In this document: positions 1 through 9,640 of the stretch, piece after piece
Numbering within the stretch: position 1 is the stretch's first letter
Layout of the letters: each line of letters begins with the position of its first letter
Origin: Alphaproteobacteria bacterium
Lineage (GTDB): Bacteria; Pseudomonadota; Alphaproteobacteria; CALKHQ01
Reading direction: 5' to 3'
NCBI GenBank assembly: GCA_965227515.1
Contig: CBDDFZ010000001.1
Coordinates: 864,001 to 928,000 of the forward strand
DNA length: 64,000 nt
Position numbers and translations under genes: made by a program
Notes under the pieces: model-generated
Database searches by the model: none
What the model was told of the DNA's origin: nothing
What the model saw: the letters and a program-made list of their open reading frames with translations, nothing else

Positions 1-74
1 GCGTCGGGCGCACCGATCAAGGCGGCGTTGGGGGAAAGCTCCGGCGCTGTCGCCGTATCCGGATGTTGTGTCAC
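1..74 (-). CDS. Possible 5' end of a gene running off the left edge
   Basis: GTG at 74, open to the edge (VTQHPDTATAPELSPNAALIGAPDA); purine-rich RBS-like run and TGCTATAG -10-like motif upstream (90-98). Confidence 0.3.
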   Translation of the reverse strand, partial: MTQHPDTATAPELSPNAALIGAPD

Positions 75-109
75 GTCAGCCTGCCTTTTCTATAGCACGT
101 CTTGTTCGA

Positions 110-194
110 TCTGGTTCAGCCCGCACCTCTACCCGGCCGCCCAACGATAGTATCCTGTCTGGGCGGCCGGGTGGGGGTGCGGGCCGGTGCCGAC
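110..194. repeat. Palindromic REP-like repeat family A, copy 1
   Basis: Arms ACCCGGCCGCCCA / TGGGCGGCCGGGT around a loop containing TATCCTG; four further copies in the window. Confidence 0.9.
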
Positions 195-215
195 ACAGCG
201 TAAGCGAAAAACGCT

Positions 216-530
216 CTATCCGCCCGATTGCTCTATGCGCTCGATCTCGGGCCAGAACTCGTTGAAGACCTGGGCGCGCACCCCGGATTCGAAGGCGCTG
301 CCATGGTCGTTGTTGGGGTGGTAGTAGCGGGCAAAGGCGCGCTTGACCGCGGTGAACCTGCCGGCCTGGGCGGCCGGATCGTTGGCCACCGCCGCGGCGG
401 CGACCTGGGGCTGGCGCAGCCGCTCGACCTCCAGCTTCAGCATCGAGGCCCGGTTCTCCGCCTTGCGGGCGCGGTCCTCCGCTTTCGCCAGCCGATCCTG
501 CAAATCTTTAATCTGATCCATTGCCGCCAC
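216..530 (-). CDS. Small protein: N-terminal coiled coil plus partial J-domain-like segment
   Basis: 104 aa, heptad-like N-terminus, KRAFARYYHPN resembling J-domain helix II-HPD; TGCTATAG -10-like motif at 555-563. Confidence 0.7.
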   Translation of the reverse strand: MAAMDQIKDLQDRLAKAEDRARKAENRASMLKLEVERLRQPQVAAAAVANDPAAQAGRFTAVKRAFARYYHPNNDHGSAFESGVRAQVFNEFWPEIERIEQSGG

Positions 531-623
531 ATTTTCGCCGCCGACCGGTCGAAGCTATAGCACCCTCGAAACGGGGGCAGAAGGGTTCGGTTGAACACCA
601 GTCGTTCGTGTCTTGGACGTGAA

Positions 624-707
624 GTCGGCTCCGGCCCTCACCCCCACCCGGCCACCCCGCAGGATAATGTCGTGGGTGGCCGGGTGGGGGTGAGGGCCGG
701 CGCAGAC
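624..707. repeat. REP-like family A, copy 2 (inverted relative to copy 1)
   Basis: GTCGGC..CCCCCACCCGGCCACCC..CAGGATA..GGGTGGCCGGGTGGGGG..CAGAC. Confidence 0.9.
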
Positions 708-889
708 TCAGTGTCAACGTCCGACGACACAGCTCCGCGGTTGGCCTTGAGGTGCGGCGAAACTCAAGGGTCGTTCCGCGTCCGTCACGGACGCGGGCGT
801 GACCCGGGATTGTCACTGCCCTGGCGGCGAATTCGCGGTAGACTGTCGGCACCGGCCTAGCGCGATTTCACTCTTGCCAGGAGTCAATA

Positions 890-3052
890 ATGACATTGTT
901 CGATCGACCCGATTCAGGGCGACCCGATTCTAGGCGACCCGATACGGGACGACGCCGCTGGGGGCGGGGCAGCACGATGCTGGCCGGCTTCGTGATTGCG
1001 GCAACCCTGCCCATGGCCTCGGCCTGGGCGCAGGACGACCTGACATTGCGCCGGGTCATGCTCTCCACGGGCGGCGTCGGCTATTTCGAGTACGAGGCGA
1101 CCATTTCGGGCGATGCCGCGCTGACCCTCGATGTGCGGCTGGACCAGGTCAACGACATCCTGAAGAGCATCGTGGTCTATGACGACCAGGGCGGCATCGG
1201 CGAGATCAGCCTGCCCGGCCGCGAGCCGCTTTCCGACGTGTTCCGCGAGCTGCCGTTCGGGCCGGAGGCGCTGTCGTCGCCGGTGGCGCTGTTCAATGCG
1301 CTGCGTGGCGCCGAGGTGGAGGCGCGCGGGTCGCGCAACGTCACCGGGCGCCTGATCGCGGTCACCGCCGAACAGGTGCAGCTGCCGAACAATGGCGGCC
1401 TGATCACCCAGCACCGGGTCAGCCTGATGACCGCCATCGGCGTCCAGCAGCTGATCCTGGAAGAGGCGGACGCGCTGAGCTTCGTCGATCCGGAGCTGCA
1501 GGAGCAGGTCAGCACCGCGCTGGCCGCGCTGGCGCAGCACAACGAGCGCGACCGCCGCGAGATCTCGGTGCAGACCTTCGGCGAGGCGGAGCGCACGGTC
1601 CGCGTCGCCTACGTGGTCGAGGTGCCGCTGTGGAAGTCATCCTACCGGCTGACCATGTCCGACGATCCGGCCGCCGAGACCGCCGAATTGCAGGGCTGGG
1701 CGGTGATCGAGAACATGAGCGGCGAGAACTGGGCGGACGTCGACCTGACCGTCGTTTCCGGCAATCCGGTCACGTTCCAGCAGGCGCTCTACCAGTCCTA
1801 CTACGTCGACCGGCCGATGGTGCCGGTCGAGGTGCTTGGCCGGGTGATGCCGCGGCTGGACACCGGCGCCATCGACATGCGCGACCAGTCGCCGGCCCCA
1901 CCGCCGGCCGCGCCGATGCCCGACGGGCTGGGCCGGATCGAGGCCGAGCAGGCCGTCGCCGGCATGATGGCGCCGGCCGACACCGCCGAGGAGTATTTCG
2001 GCGGCGACGCCATCGGCTATGACATGGACGACCAGCCCATGGGCCAGGCCCAGATCGTGGCGGCCGCCAGCGTCGAGGCGACGACCCAGGTGATGTTCCA
2101 GTTCCCGGAGCCGATCACGGTCGACAGCGGCCATTCGGTGCTGGTGCCGATCGTCAGCCGGGAGATTCCGGCTGAGCGGCTGTCGCTCTACCAGCCGGAC
2201 ACCCATCCGACCCACCCGCTGGCGTCGGTGCGTCTGACCAACGACAGCGGCAGTGGCCTGCCGCCGGGCGTGCTCACCATCTACGAGCGGACCAGCGCCA
2301 ATGGCCTGGTGGCGTTCGTGGGCGATGCCCGCCTCGCCGCCCTGCCGGTGGGCGAGGAACGGCTGCTGAGCTTCGCGGTCGACCAGAAGGTGAAGGTGCT
2401 GACCGATTCCGCGGGTAGCCAGGAGATCGCCAGCGGCCGCATCGTCGACGGCGTGTTGATCCTGACCCTGCAGGAGCAGTCGACCACCACCTACACCATC
2501 GATGGCGCCGCCACCGAGCCTCGTGTGGTGATGATCGAGCATGCCCGCCCGTCCGGCTGGGAGCTGATCGTCGACGAGACGCTGGAAGTGGAGATGACCG
2601 ACAACCACTACCGCATCGAGCAGCCGGTGGGTGCCGATGAGACGGTGGAGGTCGAGGTCACGCTGGAACGCCCGATCTCCCAGCGCGTGGAATTGCTCAA
2701 TATGTCGAGCTCGCTGATCGAGTTCTACTCGTCGGCGGAGGCGCTGTCGGACGAGGCGCGCGCGGCCATTGCCGAGATGGCGGAATACCGTGCCGTCGTG
2801 GCGGAGATCGACCGCGAGATTTCCACGCTGGAGGACCGCTACCGCGAGGTGGTGACCGACCAGGCCCGCATCCGTGAGAACCTGGACACCATTCCGCGCG
2901 ATACCGACCTCTACCAGCGCTATCTCGACCAGTTGGCGACCCAGGAAGACGAGCTTGGCGCGCTGGCGGTTTCCCTGGCCGATGCCAAGGAGCGTCTGGC
3001 CGAGGCCCGCGAGGTGCTGGGCGAGTACGTGGTCAACCTTAACTACTTCTGA
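890..3052 (+). CDS. Exported DUF4139/DUF4140-family protein
   Basis: 720 aa, AGGAG RBS, signal peptide (ASAWA|QD), LRRVMLSTGGVGYFE, WKSSYR, GWAVIENMSGENW motifs, C-terminal coiled coil. Confidence 0.8.
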   Translation: MTLFDRPDSGRPDSRRPDTGRRRWGRGSTMLAGFVIAATLPMASAWAQDDLTLRRVMLSTGGVGYFEYEATISGDAALTLDVRLDQVNDILKSIVVYDDQGGIGEISLPGREPLSDVFRELPFGPEALSSPVALFNALRGAEVEARGSRNVTGRLIAVTAEQVQLPNNGGLITQHRVSLMTAIGVQQLILEEADALSFVDPELQEQVSTALAALAQHNERDRREISVQTFGEAERTVRVAYVVEVPLWKSSYRLTMSDDPAAETAELQGWAVIENMSGENWADVDLTVVSGNPVTFQQALYQSYYVDRPMVPVEVLGRVMPRLDTGAIDMRDQSPAPPPAAPMPDGLGRIEAEQAVAGMMAPADTAEEYFGGDAIGYDMDDQPMGQAQIVAAASVEATTQVMFQFPEPITVDSGHSVLVPIVSREIPAERLSLYQPDTHPTHPLASVRLTNDSGSGLPPGVLTIYERTSANGLVAFVGDARLAALPVGEERLLSFAVDQKVKVLTDSAGSQEIASGRIVDGVLILTLQEQSTTTYTIDGAATEPRVVMIEHARPSGWELIVDETLEVEMTDNHYRIEQPVGADETVEVEVTLERPISQRVELLNMSSSLIEFYSSAEALSDEARAAIAEMAEYRAVVAEIDREISTLEDRYREVVTDQARIRENLDTIPRDTDLYQRYLDQLATQEDELGALAVSLADAKERLAEAREVLGEYVVNLNYF
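905..949 (+). repeat. 3 x 15-bp in-frame tandem repeat (RPDSG/RPDSR/RPDTG)
   Basis: cgacccgattcaggg cgacccgattctagg cgacccgatacggga. Confidence 0.85.
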
Positions 3053-3176
3053 TAGTCGATCAGAGGGTTAGGTTCGCCTGACAGGGCCGCGTCGGCAACA
3101 GCCTGCGCGGCCCTGACTTCGAACGGGATCGACCCGTTGGCCTGTACAGGCTCATAGTTCGTGTGCATCGAGGACA

Positions 3177-3293
3177 CCCCCTCACCCTCCCAGCCGTTGG
3201 CTGGGTCCCTCCCTCTCCCGCGCGGGGAGAGGGATAATGCGAAGCCGACACCCCCTCTCCCGCAAGGTGGGAGAGGGACGGGAGTGTGAGGGC
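3177..3293. repeat. REP-like family D doublet between convergent genes
   Basis: CCCTCACCC..CCCTCTCCC-n-GGGAGAGGG unit followed by an inverted CCCTCTCCC-n-GGGAGAGGG..GTGAGGG unit. Confidence 0.75.
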
Positions 3294-3327
3294 CGCCTGG
3301 CCGCCACCATGCGCAAGGCGCATCGCT

Positions 3328-3759
3328 TCAGTACCACCCCATGTCGCGTATGGGCACGGTCTCGCCGTCGGCCATGACGACCACGCAGTCGTCGATCCAG
3401 ATCGGCCCCTCGGGCGGAGGCGGCAGCAAGGTGAGGGTCTCCACCATCGCCTGGATGCGCTGCCAACTGCCCAACAGATCCGCGCGGCCCTCTGCGGAGA
3501 GGCCGCACGAGATCAGGATGTCTTCCGGCATGGTCTGGGTGTAGCCACACGCACCTTGCGCGTCCTCGCCATCGATGGTGTGAACCATCATGAAGCTGGC
3601 GCGGGCGGGGTGCGGCATCTCGATGGCCGCTGGCGCGCATGTCTCCAACGCATCGACCAGGTCGCGCAGGGCGGGCACCAGCACCTCGGGGTCGGCGGCG
3701 CTCGCCGTGGCAGTGCAACCGACGAGCAGTGCCAGGGCTGAGGCGAGACTCATCCGCAT
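3328..3759 (-). CDS. Hypothetical lipoprotein/exported protein
   Basis: 143 aa, GGAGG RBS, hydrophobic leader ending LVGC, four further Cys. Confidence 0.7.
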   Translation of the reverse strand: MRMSLASALALLVGCTATASAADPEVLVPALRDLVDALETCAPAAIEMPHPARASFMMVHTIDGEDAQGACGYTQTMPEDILISCGLSAEGRADLLGSWQRIQAMVETLTLLPPPPEGPIWIDDCVVVMADGETVPIRDMGWY

Positions 3760-3836
3760 GCTGTCCTCCTTGTTCTTGTTCTTTGACAGACGCCAGCTTT
3801 GTCGCGGCTGGCGGAGGACAGGTTCAAAATGCGGCG

Positions 3837-4670
3837 TCAGCTATCGTCGCGCACGCCCACGATCTCGGCCAGAACCGTGTGCCCGTTGACGAAATTCGCG
3901 ACCATGTTGGCGTACATCTCCCAGAACCGGTCGCCCATCATGATGTGGAGCCCGATCTTCGGGCGGCCCGCCTCCGCCACGCGCGCCCGCATCGCCTCGA
4001 ACCATTTCAGCGCGCTATCTGTCTTGTCGCGGTGCGAGCGGATGGCAAACCCCGCCGCCGTCACCAGGTCGGCCACTTCGTCGGGCGTCTTCAGAAAACT
4101 GGTGCTGGCGTCCGTCGCCCACGGCGTCGGATAGCTGGGGTCGCCCGCCGGCCCCAGGCAGATGTCGTAGAGCCCGAACGTGGCGCCCGGCCGCAGCACG
4201 CGGGCGATCTCGCCATAGAGCGCGGCGCGGTCGGCGATGTTCATCGCCACGTGGATCGTGAAGGCGCCGTCGAACACGTGGTCGTCGAACGGCATCGCGC
4301 ACGCGTCGGCAACCTGGAACACCACCGTGTCCGACATGCCGACCGCGTCGGTCAGGCGCTCGGCCGCCGCGATGTAGGACGGCGTCAGGTCGATGCCGCT
4401 CACCGTCGCCCCGCTGATGGCGGCGATGCGGCGGGCCGGACCGCCAACCCCGCAGCCGACATCGAGCACGTGGTCCGTCGATGCGAAACTCAGGGCCTCG
4501 GCGAACTCCACCGTCGCGTCGCGGCCGCGCACATGGAATTCGTCGACCGGTGCCAGGTCGTCGATGGTGAGGTTGTTCGGGTCCTTGGCCGCCGACCGTG
4601 CGGCCGTTAGCAGGCTCTCGGCCAGGTCGTCGCGGCCGTAGTGGCGGGCAACTGGGTTGTCGGCAACCAT
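3837..4670 (-). CDS. Class I SAM-dependent methyltransferase (sarcosine/dimethylglycine N-methyltransferase-like)
   Basis: VLDVGCGVGG motif I, DEFHVRG, YPTPWA; ATG 4670 with GAGGAG RBS. Confidence 0.85.
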   Translation of the reverse strand: MVADNPVARHYGRDDLAESLLTAARSAAKDPNNLTIDDLAPVDEFHVRGRDATVEFAEALSFASTDHVLDVGCGVGGPARRIAAISGATVSGIDLTPSYIAAAERLTDAVGMSDTVVFQVADACAMPFDDHVFDGAFTIHVAMNIADRAALYGEIARVLRPGATFGLYDICLGPAGDPSYPTPWATDASTSFLKTPDEVADLVTAAGFAIRSHRDKTDSALKWFEAMRARVAEAGRPKIGLHIMMGDRFWEMYANMVANFVNGHTVLAEIVGVRDDS

Positions 4671-4816
4671 GGGCGATCCTCCTCTGCCGCATCCGCTGGA
4701 ATTCATAGCGCGTTCGACGCCCACAATCATTCGTGATTGCGCGGGTCTCGGCCGGGCGGTGCCCTATAGTCGAGAGCTCCAACCATGAACACCAAAACAA
4801 TGGCGAGGGCGAGGTG

Positions 4817-5731
4817 ATGAGAGGCTTGGCATTTGGCGTGGGCGCGGCGGTACTGGCCGTGGCACCCGCCGCTATGGCACCGGGGGCAATAGCGCAGCAG
4901 GACTTCGATGCCGTGGAGATCGAGACCATCGATCTGGGCAGCGGCGTCTACATGATGGTCGGCGCGGGCGGCAATCTGGGCGTTTCGGTGGGCGACGACG
5001 CAACCGTTCTGATCGACGACCAGTTCTCGCCGCTGACCGACAAGATCAATGCGGCCATCGCCGCCCTGTCAGACAATCCGGTGGAGGTGGTGATCAACAC
5101 CCACTGGCACTTCGACCACACCGGCGGCAACGAGAATTATGGCAACCAGGGCGCGATGATCTTCGCCCACGACAATGTGCGGGTGCGGATGAGCGGGCCG
5201 CATCGTTTCGAGGCGTTCGACATGGATCTGCCGGCCTCGCCCGATGCTGCCTTGCCGGTTGTGACCTACGATGACGGCCTGACCCTGCATCTGAACGGGC
5301 AGACCATCGACGTCATCCACGTCGACCCGGCACACACCGACGGCGACAGCATCGTCGTGTTCCGCGAGGCCAATGTCGTCCACCTGGGCGATGTGTTCTT
5401 CAACGGCCTCTACCCGTTCGTCGATCAGAGCTCGGACGGCAGTGTCGCCGGCGTGATCGCCGCCGCCGCGATGGCGCTCGACATGATCGACGACGACACC
5501 AAGGTGATCCCCGGCCACGGCCCGCTGGCGACCAAGGCGGACCTGCAGGCCTATCACGACATGCTGGTGGGTGTGTCGGGCGCGATCCAGGCCGGCATCG
5601 ACGCCGGCCAGAGCCTGGAGGAGATCATCGACGGCGGTGCGACGGCGGCCTACGACGAAGCCTGGAGCGGTGGATTCCTCAAGGGGCCGGACTTCGTCAC
5701 GATCCTGTACGGGATGATGGCGGAGCAGTAG
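4817..5731 (+). CDS. Exported metallo-beta-lactamase-fold hydrolase (cyclase-like)
   Basis: NTHWHFDHTGGN, AHTDGD, HLGD, IPGHG; signal peptide. Confidence 0.9.
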   Translation: MRGLAFGVGAAVLAVAPAAMAPGAIAQQDFDAVEIETIDLGSGVYMMVGAGGNLGVSVGDDATVLIDDQFSPLTDKINAAIAALSDNPVEVVINTHWHFDHTGGNENYGNQGAMIFAHDNVRVRMSGPHRFEAFDMDLPASPDAALPVVTYDDGLTLHLNGQTIDVIHVDPAHTDGDSIVVFREANVVHLGDVFFNGLYPFVDQSSDGSVAGVIAAAAMALDMIDDDTKVIPGHGPLATKADLQAYHDMLVGVSGAIQAGIDAGQSLEEIIDGGATAAYDEAWSGGFLKGPDFVTILYGMMAEQ

Positions 5732-7520
5732 AGGCGGCCCTGGCCAGATCGCGCGCGACCGCGCCGACCACGCTGGCCCAGTCGTTCAGCGCCGGCTGGC
5801 GGTAGAGCCGCATCGACGGGTACCACGGTGTCGCGGTGCCCGTCTGCCGCCAGCGCCACTCCGCGCCGAACGGCAGCATCGTCCACACCGGCCGGCCAAG
5901 CGCGCCGGCCAGGTGGATGGGCGCGGTGTCGACCCCGATCACCAGGTCCAGCTTGGCCATGATAGCGGCGCTGTCGGCGAAATCCTTCGCCGTCAGATCG
6001 GCGCGCACCAGCCCACCGCCCAATGGCGTGGCCGACGCGCGGTCCGCCTCGGCCCCGAATTGCAGGCAATGGAAGGCAACGCCGTCGATGCCAAGCACCG
6101 GCGCCATCGCCTCGAAGCGCAGCGAGCGGTAGCGGTCGTCGGAGTGGGACGGCCGGCCGGCCCAGACCAGGCCGACGTTCAGCATGCCGGCCACGCAGCC
6201 GTCATAGGCCGCATCGGTGGGCGGCCGCATGTACGGCATCGGGCCGGGCAGGTCGGCAACATCGATCTTCAGCCGCGCGGCAAGCGACAGCAGGGGGATG
6301 TGATAGTCGAATTCGGCGCAAGACTCGGTCGACACCGCGACCGCGTCGACCCCATCGACGGTGGCGATCAGCCGCGCCAGCGCCCGCTCGCACAGTACGA
6401 CGATGCGCGCGCCTTGAGCCACCGGCCGCCGCCGCAGTATTGGCACCAGCCGGATGAATTGCAGCGTGTCGCCGAACCCCTGCTCGGCGTGGACCAGCAG
6501 GGTCTTGCCGGCGAGTGGTGTGACACCGTCCCACATCCGGTCGTCGGCGCCCTTCACCTTGGCGAGGTGGCCATGCAGGTCCAGCCGCGCCTCATAAGCC
6601 GGCCAGCCCGCCGCGAGGTCGCCTGAAATCAGGTGCAGGTGCCCCATGGCGTAGCGGGTGCGCGGGCTGCCGGGCGAAAGCCGTTGCAGGCGGGCCATGG
6701 TCTTGTGCGCCGCGTCGAGCCGGCAGAGTCGGATTTGAGCCGCCGCCAGCCAGAACAGGGTGTCCGCGTCGTCGGGGGCCAGCATGGCGGCGCGTTCCAG
6801 CAGGACGACAGCCGGCAATGCGCGGGTCTGGCGCAAGTGCACGCGGGCAAGCCACCGAAGCGCGCCCACATTGTCCGGGTCCAGAGACAGGGCTGCCTGG
6901 AAGGCGTGCTCGGCGGCATCGAAGTTGCCGAGCCTGTTGTGGGCGGCGCCGGCCAGAATGCGCAGGTCGGCGCGGCGCGGCGCCAATGCGCACGCACGCT
7001 GGGCCATCTCTTTCGCGGCAAGGGTATCGTCCTTGCTGCCCCGGTTCATGCGTTGGGTCGCACCGGCCAACAGGGCATCCAACAGGTCCGGGGCGGTTTC
7101 CAGCGCGCGGTCGAAGACCTGGATGGCGTCGTCGGTGTGGCCACGCCGGGCCAGCAGATTGCCCAGGTTCTTCCACGCGGCAGCGAAACCGGGCGACAGT
7201 GCGACCGCCTCGCGGAAGGCCTTTTCGGCGCCGTCCGGATCGCTGTCGAGGGCAAGGCCGAGCTGGTTGTGGGCGTCGGCGAGCTGCGGATTGCGGGCGA
7301 TGGCCTGTCGCGCGGCGCTTGCCGCCATGCCGCCATGGCCGGTCACCCGCAGCGCATGGGCGAAGAAGCTGAGTTGGGCCGCCGATGCGCCGTCGTCCGC
7401 CACGGCCGCGCGCGCCTGGTCGGCCGCCAAGGGCAGGTCGCCACGGGCAAGCGCCGCACCGATCGACCGCTGCGCGGCGTCGGCGGATAGGTCCGTTTCC
7501 TGGGGCGCGATTTGCGGCAT
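5697..7520 (-). CDS. TPR-repeat protein with C-terminal GT9-like glycosyltransferase domain
   Basis: Multiple TPRs, then EQGFGDTLQF, GLVWAG, DLVIGVDT..HLAGALG, WRW, PWYPS. Confidence 0.88.
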   Translation of the reverse strand: MPQIAPQETDLSADAAQRSIGAALARGDLPLAADQARAAVADDGASAAQLSFFAHALRVTGHGGMAASAARQAIARNPQLADAHNQLGLALDSDPDGAEKAFREAVALSPGFAAAWKNLGNLLARRGHTDDAIQVFDRALETAPDLLDALLAGATQRMNRGSKDDTLAAKEMAQRACALAPRRADLRILAGAAHNRLGNFDAAEHAFQAALSLDPDNVGALRWLARVHLRQTRALPAVVLLERAAMLAPDDADTLFWLAAAQIRLCRLDAAHKTMARLQRLSPGSPRTRYAMGHLHLISGDLAAGWPAYEARLDLHGHLAKVKGADDRMWDGVTPLAGKTLLVHAEQGFGDTLQFIRLVPILRRRPVAQGARIVVLCERALARLIATVDGVDAVAVSTESCAEFDYHIPLLSLAARLKIDVADLPGPMPYMRPPTDAAYDGCVAGMLNVGLVWAGRPSHSDDRYRSLRFEAMAPVLGIDGVAFHCLQFGAEADRASATPLGGGLVRADLTAKDFADSAAIMAKLDLVIGVDTAPIHLAGALGRPVWTMLPFGAEWRWRQTGTATPWYPSMRLYRQPALNDWASVVGAVARDLARAASTAPPSSRTGS

Positions 7521-7612
7521 CTCGGTCCGGTCGGAACTGCTGCGACCGGACCAGTCTAGTCAGGCGATGACACCATACGGTTAATTGCCGTTAGGGCCTG
7601 GGGGCGCCAGCC

Positions 7613-9382
7613 TCATCTGAACAGGCTGCTGCGCCCCTCCTCGAACGCGGACAGCTCGTCGTCCCAGCGCGCCGCGTTGGCGTCCAGCGCCCAGTCCGCC
7701 ATCACCACGCCCAGGCTGGGCGCGTCGATCTCGAACGCGATGGCCCGGTTGGCGACGTCCAGGCCGATCACCTCGTTCATCGTCAGCACCACCACCAGGT
7801 CATGGGTCGGCGAGACGACGATGTCGATGATGTCGACCGTCATGTCCATGATGGCGTCCGCATCCAGCGGCATGTCGTTGGACGGCGTCAGGTTGGACGG
7901 GGCCGGCCCCAGCCCGGTCTCCAGATAGGCCGAATAGCGCGGTGTCAGCGCGTAATAGGCGGGCACCGTGGCAAACGTGCGCGCAAACCATTGGCCGAAA
8001 TAGCGGTCGATATGCACCGGCATGTAGCTGAAGTCGGGCTCGCCGAGGCTGTGCAACTCGGCGACCGAGATGTTGACGTCGGATTCGCCGCGCGCATAGG
8101 CGGCATAGAGTTCCTCCACCGCATAGTCGAACGCGGCGGGTTCAAGCACCTGGCGCGCATCGACCTGCAGCAGGTCGGCGGCAAGGCCCTCGCCGATCCA
8201 GCGGCAGTCGCTGCCCCAGTCGGTCGAGGGGTGCGCCCACATCGGATAGGACAGGAAGCTCTCGTACGACCAGCACACGGCGCCGTTCACCACCGCGGTG
8301 ACGTAGCCGTATTCCTCATGCACGAAAAAGTCGTGGTTCTGGGCCAGGGCCTCGAAGTCCTCCGGGATCAGGGACTGGCGGATCGCGGCCGTCGCCTCCG
8401 GCTGCCGCGATACCCATACGGTTGCGACGTCGAAAGAGCAGTCGTCGCCGACGCAGAACTCCTGCGGCCGGTAGTCCACCTGCCCGATATGCCACCAGCC
8501 CTGCTGCTGGGGCGTGATGAGGTGATCGGCGATCAGGCGCCCGTCGCCATAGCCGTTCTCCAGCGTCATGTAGTAGGTGGCGTAGCCGTCGTCCTGCCAG
8601 GTGCCGAGGACCAGGCCCACCGGCCGGCCCTGCGGCGACAGCGTGGCCGCGGCCATGTCGAGGATGCGGGACAGGGCGTCGTCCAGGTTGGCGGCGGGCG
8701 GCACGCCCCCATCATTGCCCAAACCATCATTACCAAGGCCGTCATTGCCTAAGCCATCATCGATCTTGCCGTCGCCGGGGTCGGAACCCGGCACCTGGTT
8801 GTCGACGATGTTGGCGCCGCCGTTCTGACCGGGCGTGTCGATCACATTCGCCCCTGACTGGTTGACCGGGGACCCGTTGCAGAAGTCCTCCATCCGCTCG
8901 ATGGCCTGGCGCGACCCGTTCAGCGTGAAGCTGACGGACAGGTTGCTGCCGTCCGCCGCGAACAACTCCAGGCGCTGACCGCTGGCAAGGATCTCGCGCG
9001 TGTCCAGCCAACGGTCGAAGGAATCGCCGCTCACCGGTGTCATGTAGACGTCGTTCAACCCGTTGTAGACGTCATACCTGCCCAGGAAGGTCGTGCCCAC
9101 ATAGAGGTCGGCGAGCGAGAAAGGCGGCTCGGGCTGGTAGGTCGCGGGACCGCCGAGCACGAAAACGCCGTCGCACTGGATGCCGAACGAATATTGGACG
9201 TCGCCGGAGGCGACGATGGCGGTCGGGGGGTAATAGCACTCGTCGCCGCACTCGCCCTCTTCGGCGGGGAATGCCTGCCAGCTTTGCGGGGATTGGGCGT
9301 GTGCGCCGGTTGTGATCGCGGCGACGGCGAAACCAAAGGCGACGGCGAGCGGGAATCGGGGAAATGCGTGCATGTGTGCCAT
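7613..9382 (-). CDS. Secreted acidic two-domain hypothetical protein
   Basis: 589 aa, signal peptide (AHA|Q), low-complexity linker with GLGND x3. Confidence 0.75.
   Translation of the reverse strand: MAHMHAFPRFPLAVAFGFAVAAITTGAHAQSPQSWQAFPAEEGECGDECYYPPTAIVASGDVQYSFGIQCDGVFVLGGPATYQPEPPFSLADLYVGTTFLGRYDVYNGLNDVYMTPVSGDSFDRWLDTREILASGQRLELFAADGSNLSVSFTLNGSRQAIERMEDFCNGSPVNQSGANVIDTPGQNGGANIVDNQVPGSDPGDGKIDDGLGNDGLGNDGLGNDGGVPPAANLDDALSRILDMAAATLSPQGRPVGLVLGTWQDDGYATYYMTLENGYGDGRLIADHLITPQQQGWWHIGQVDYRPQEFCVGDDCSFDVATVWVSRQPEATAAIRQSLIPEDFEALAQNHDFFVHEEYGYVTAVVNGAVCWSYESFLSYPMWAHPSTDWGSDCRWIGEGLAADLLQVDARQVLEPAAFDYAVEELYAAYARGESDVNISVAELHSLGEPDFSYMPVHIDRYFGQWFARTFATVPAYYALTPRYSAYLETGLGPAPSNLTPSNDMPLDADAIMDMTVDIIDIVVSPTHDLVVVLTMNEVIGLDVANRAIAFEIDAPSLGVVMADWALDANAARWDDELSAFEEGRSSLFR
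8711..8760 (-). repeat. 3 x 15-bp in-frame repeat (GLGND)
   Basis: atcattgcccaaacc atcattaccaaggcc gtcattgcctaagcc; synonymous differences only. Confidence 0.85.
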
Positions 9383-9640
9383 TCTCCGGCGCGAATGTGG
9401 CGGGCGTGGGATGTGCCGCGGACCGGCCCGTTAAACCATCGCTGCGGTATGCCGGGCAATGGCGCAGACCTGCCGCCAAGCCACGTTTTTGTTGCCCCGG
9501 CGCGCGCGGACGCGATATGCAGCGCCAAGTGCGCCTGATCGACCGCTGCCCAGTGGTTGCCACAAAGGCCTGAGATACCGCTGGCCTGACGGTCGCGACG
9601 CCAGAGCGCCAACCGCAGCGTGTCCACCCCCCGCAGGACC

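Noticed and set aside
90-563. CTATAGCAC 9-bp direct repeat (90-98 and 555-563) as a target-site duplication
   Set aside because: It does not bracket the repeat pair; both copies read TGCTATAG upstream of minus-strand starts and are better explained as -10 elements.
7580-7597. CtrA box upstream of the TPR-glycosyltransferase
   Set aside because: Half-sites are imperfect and 6 nt apart rather than 7.
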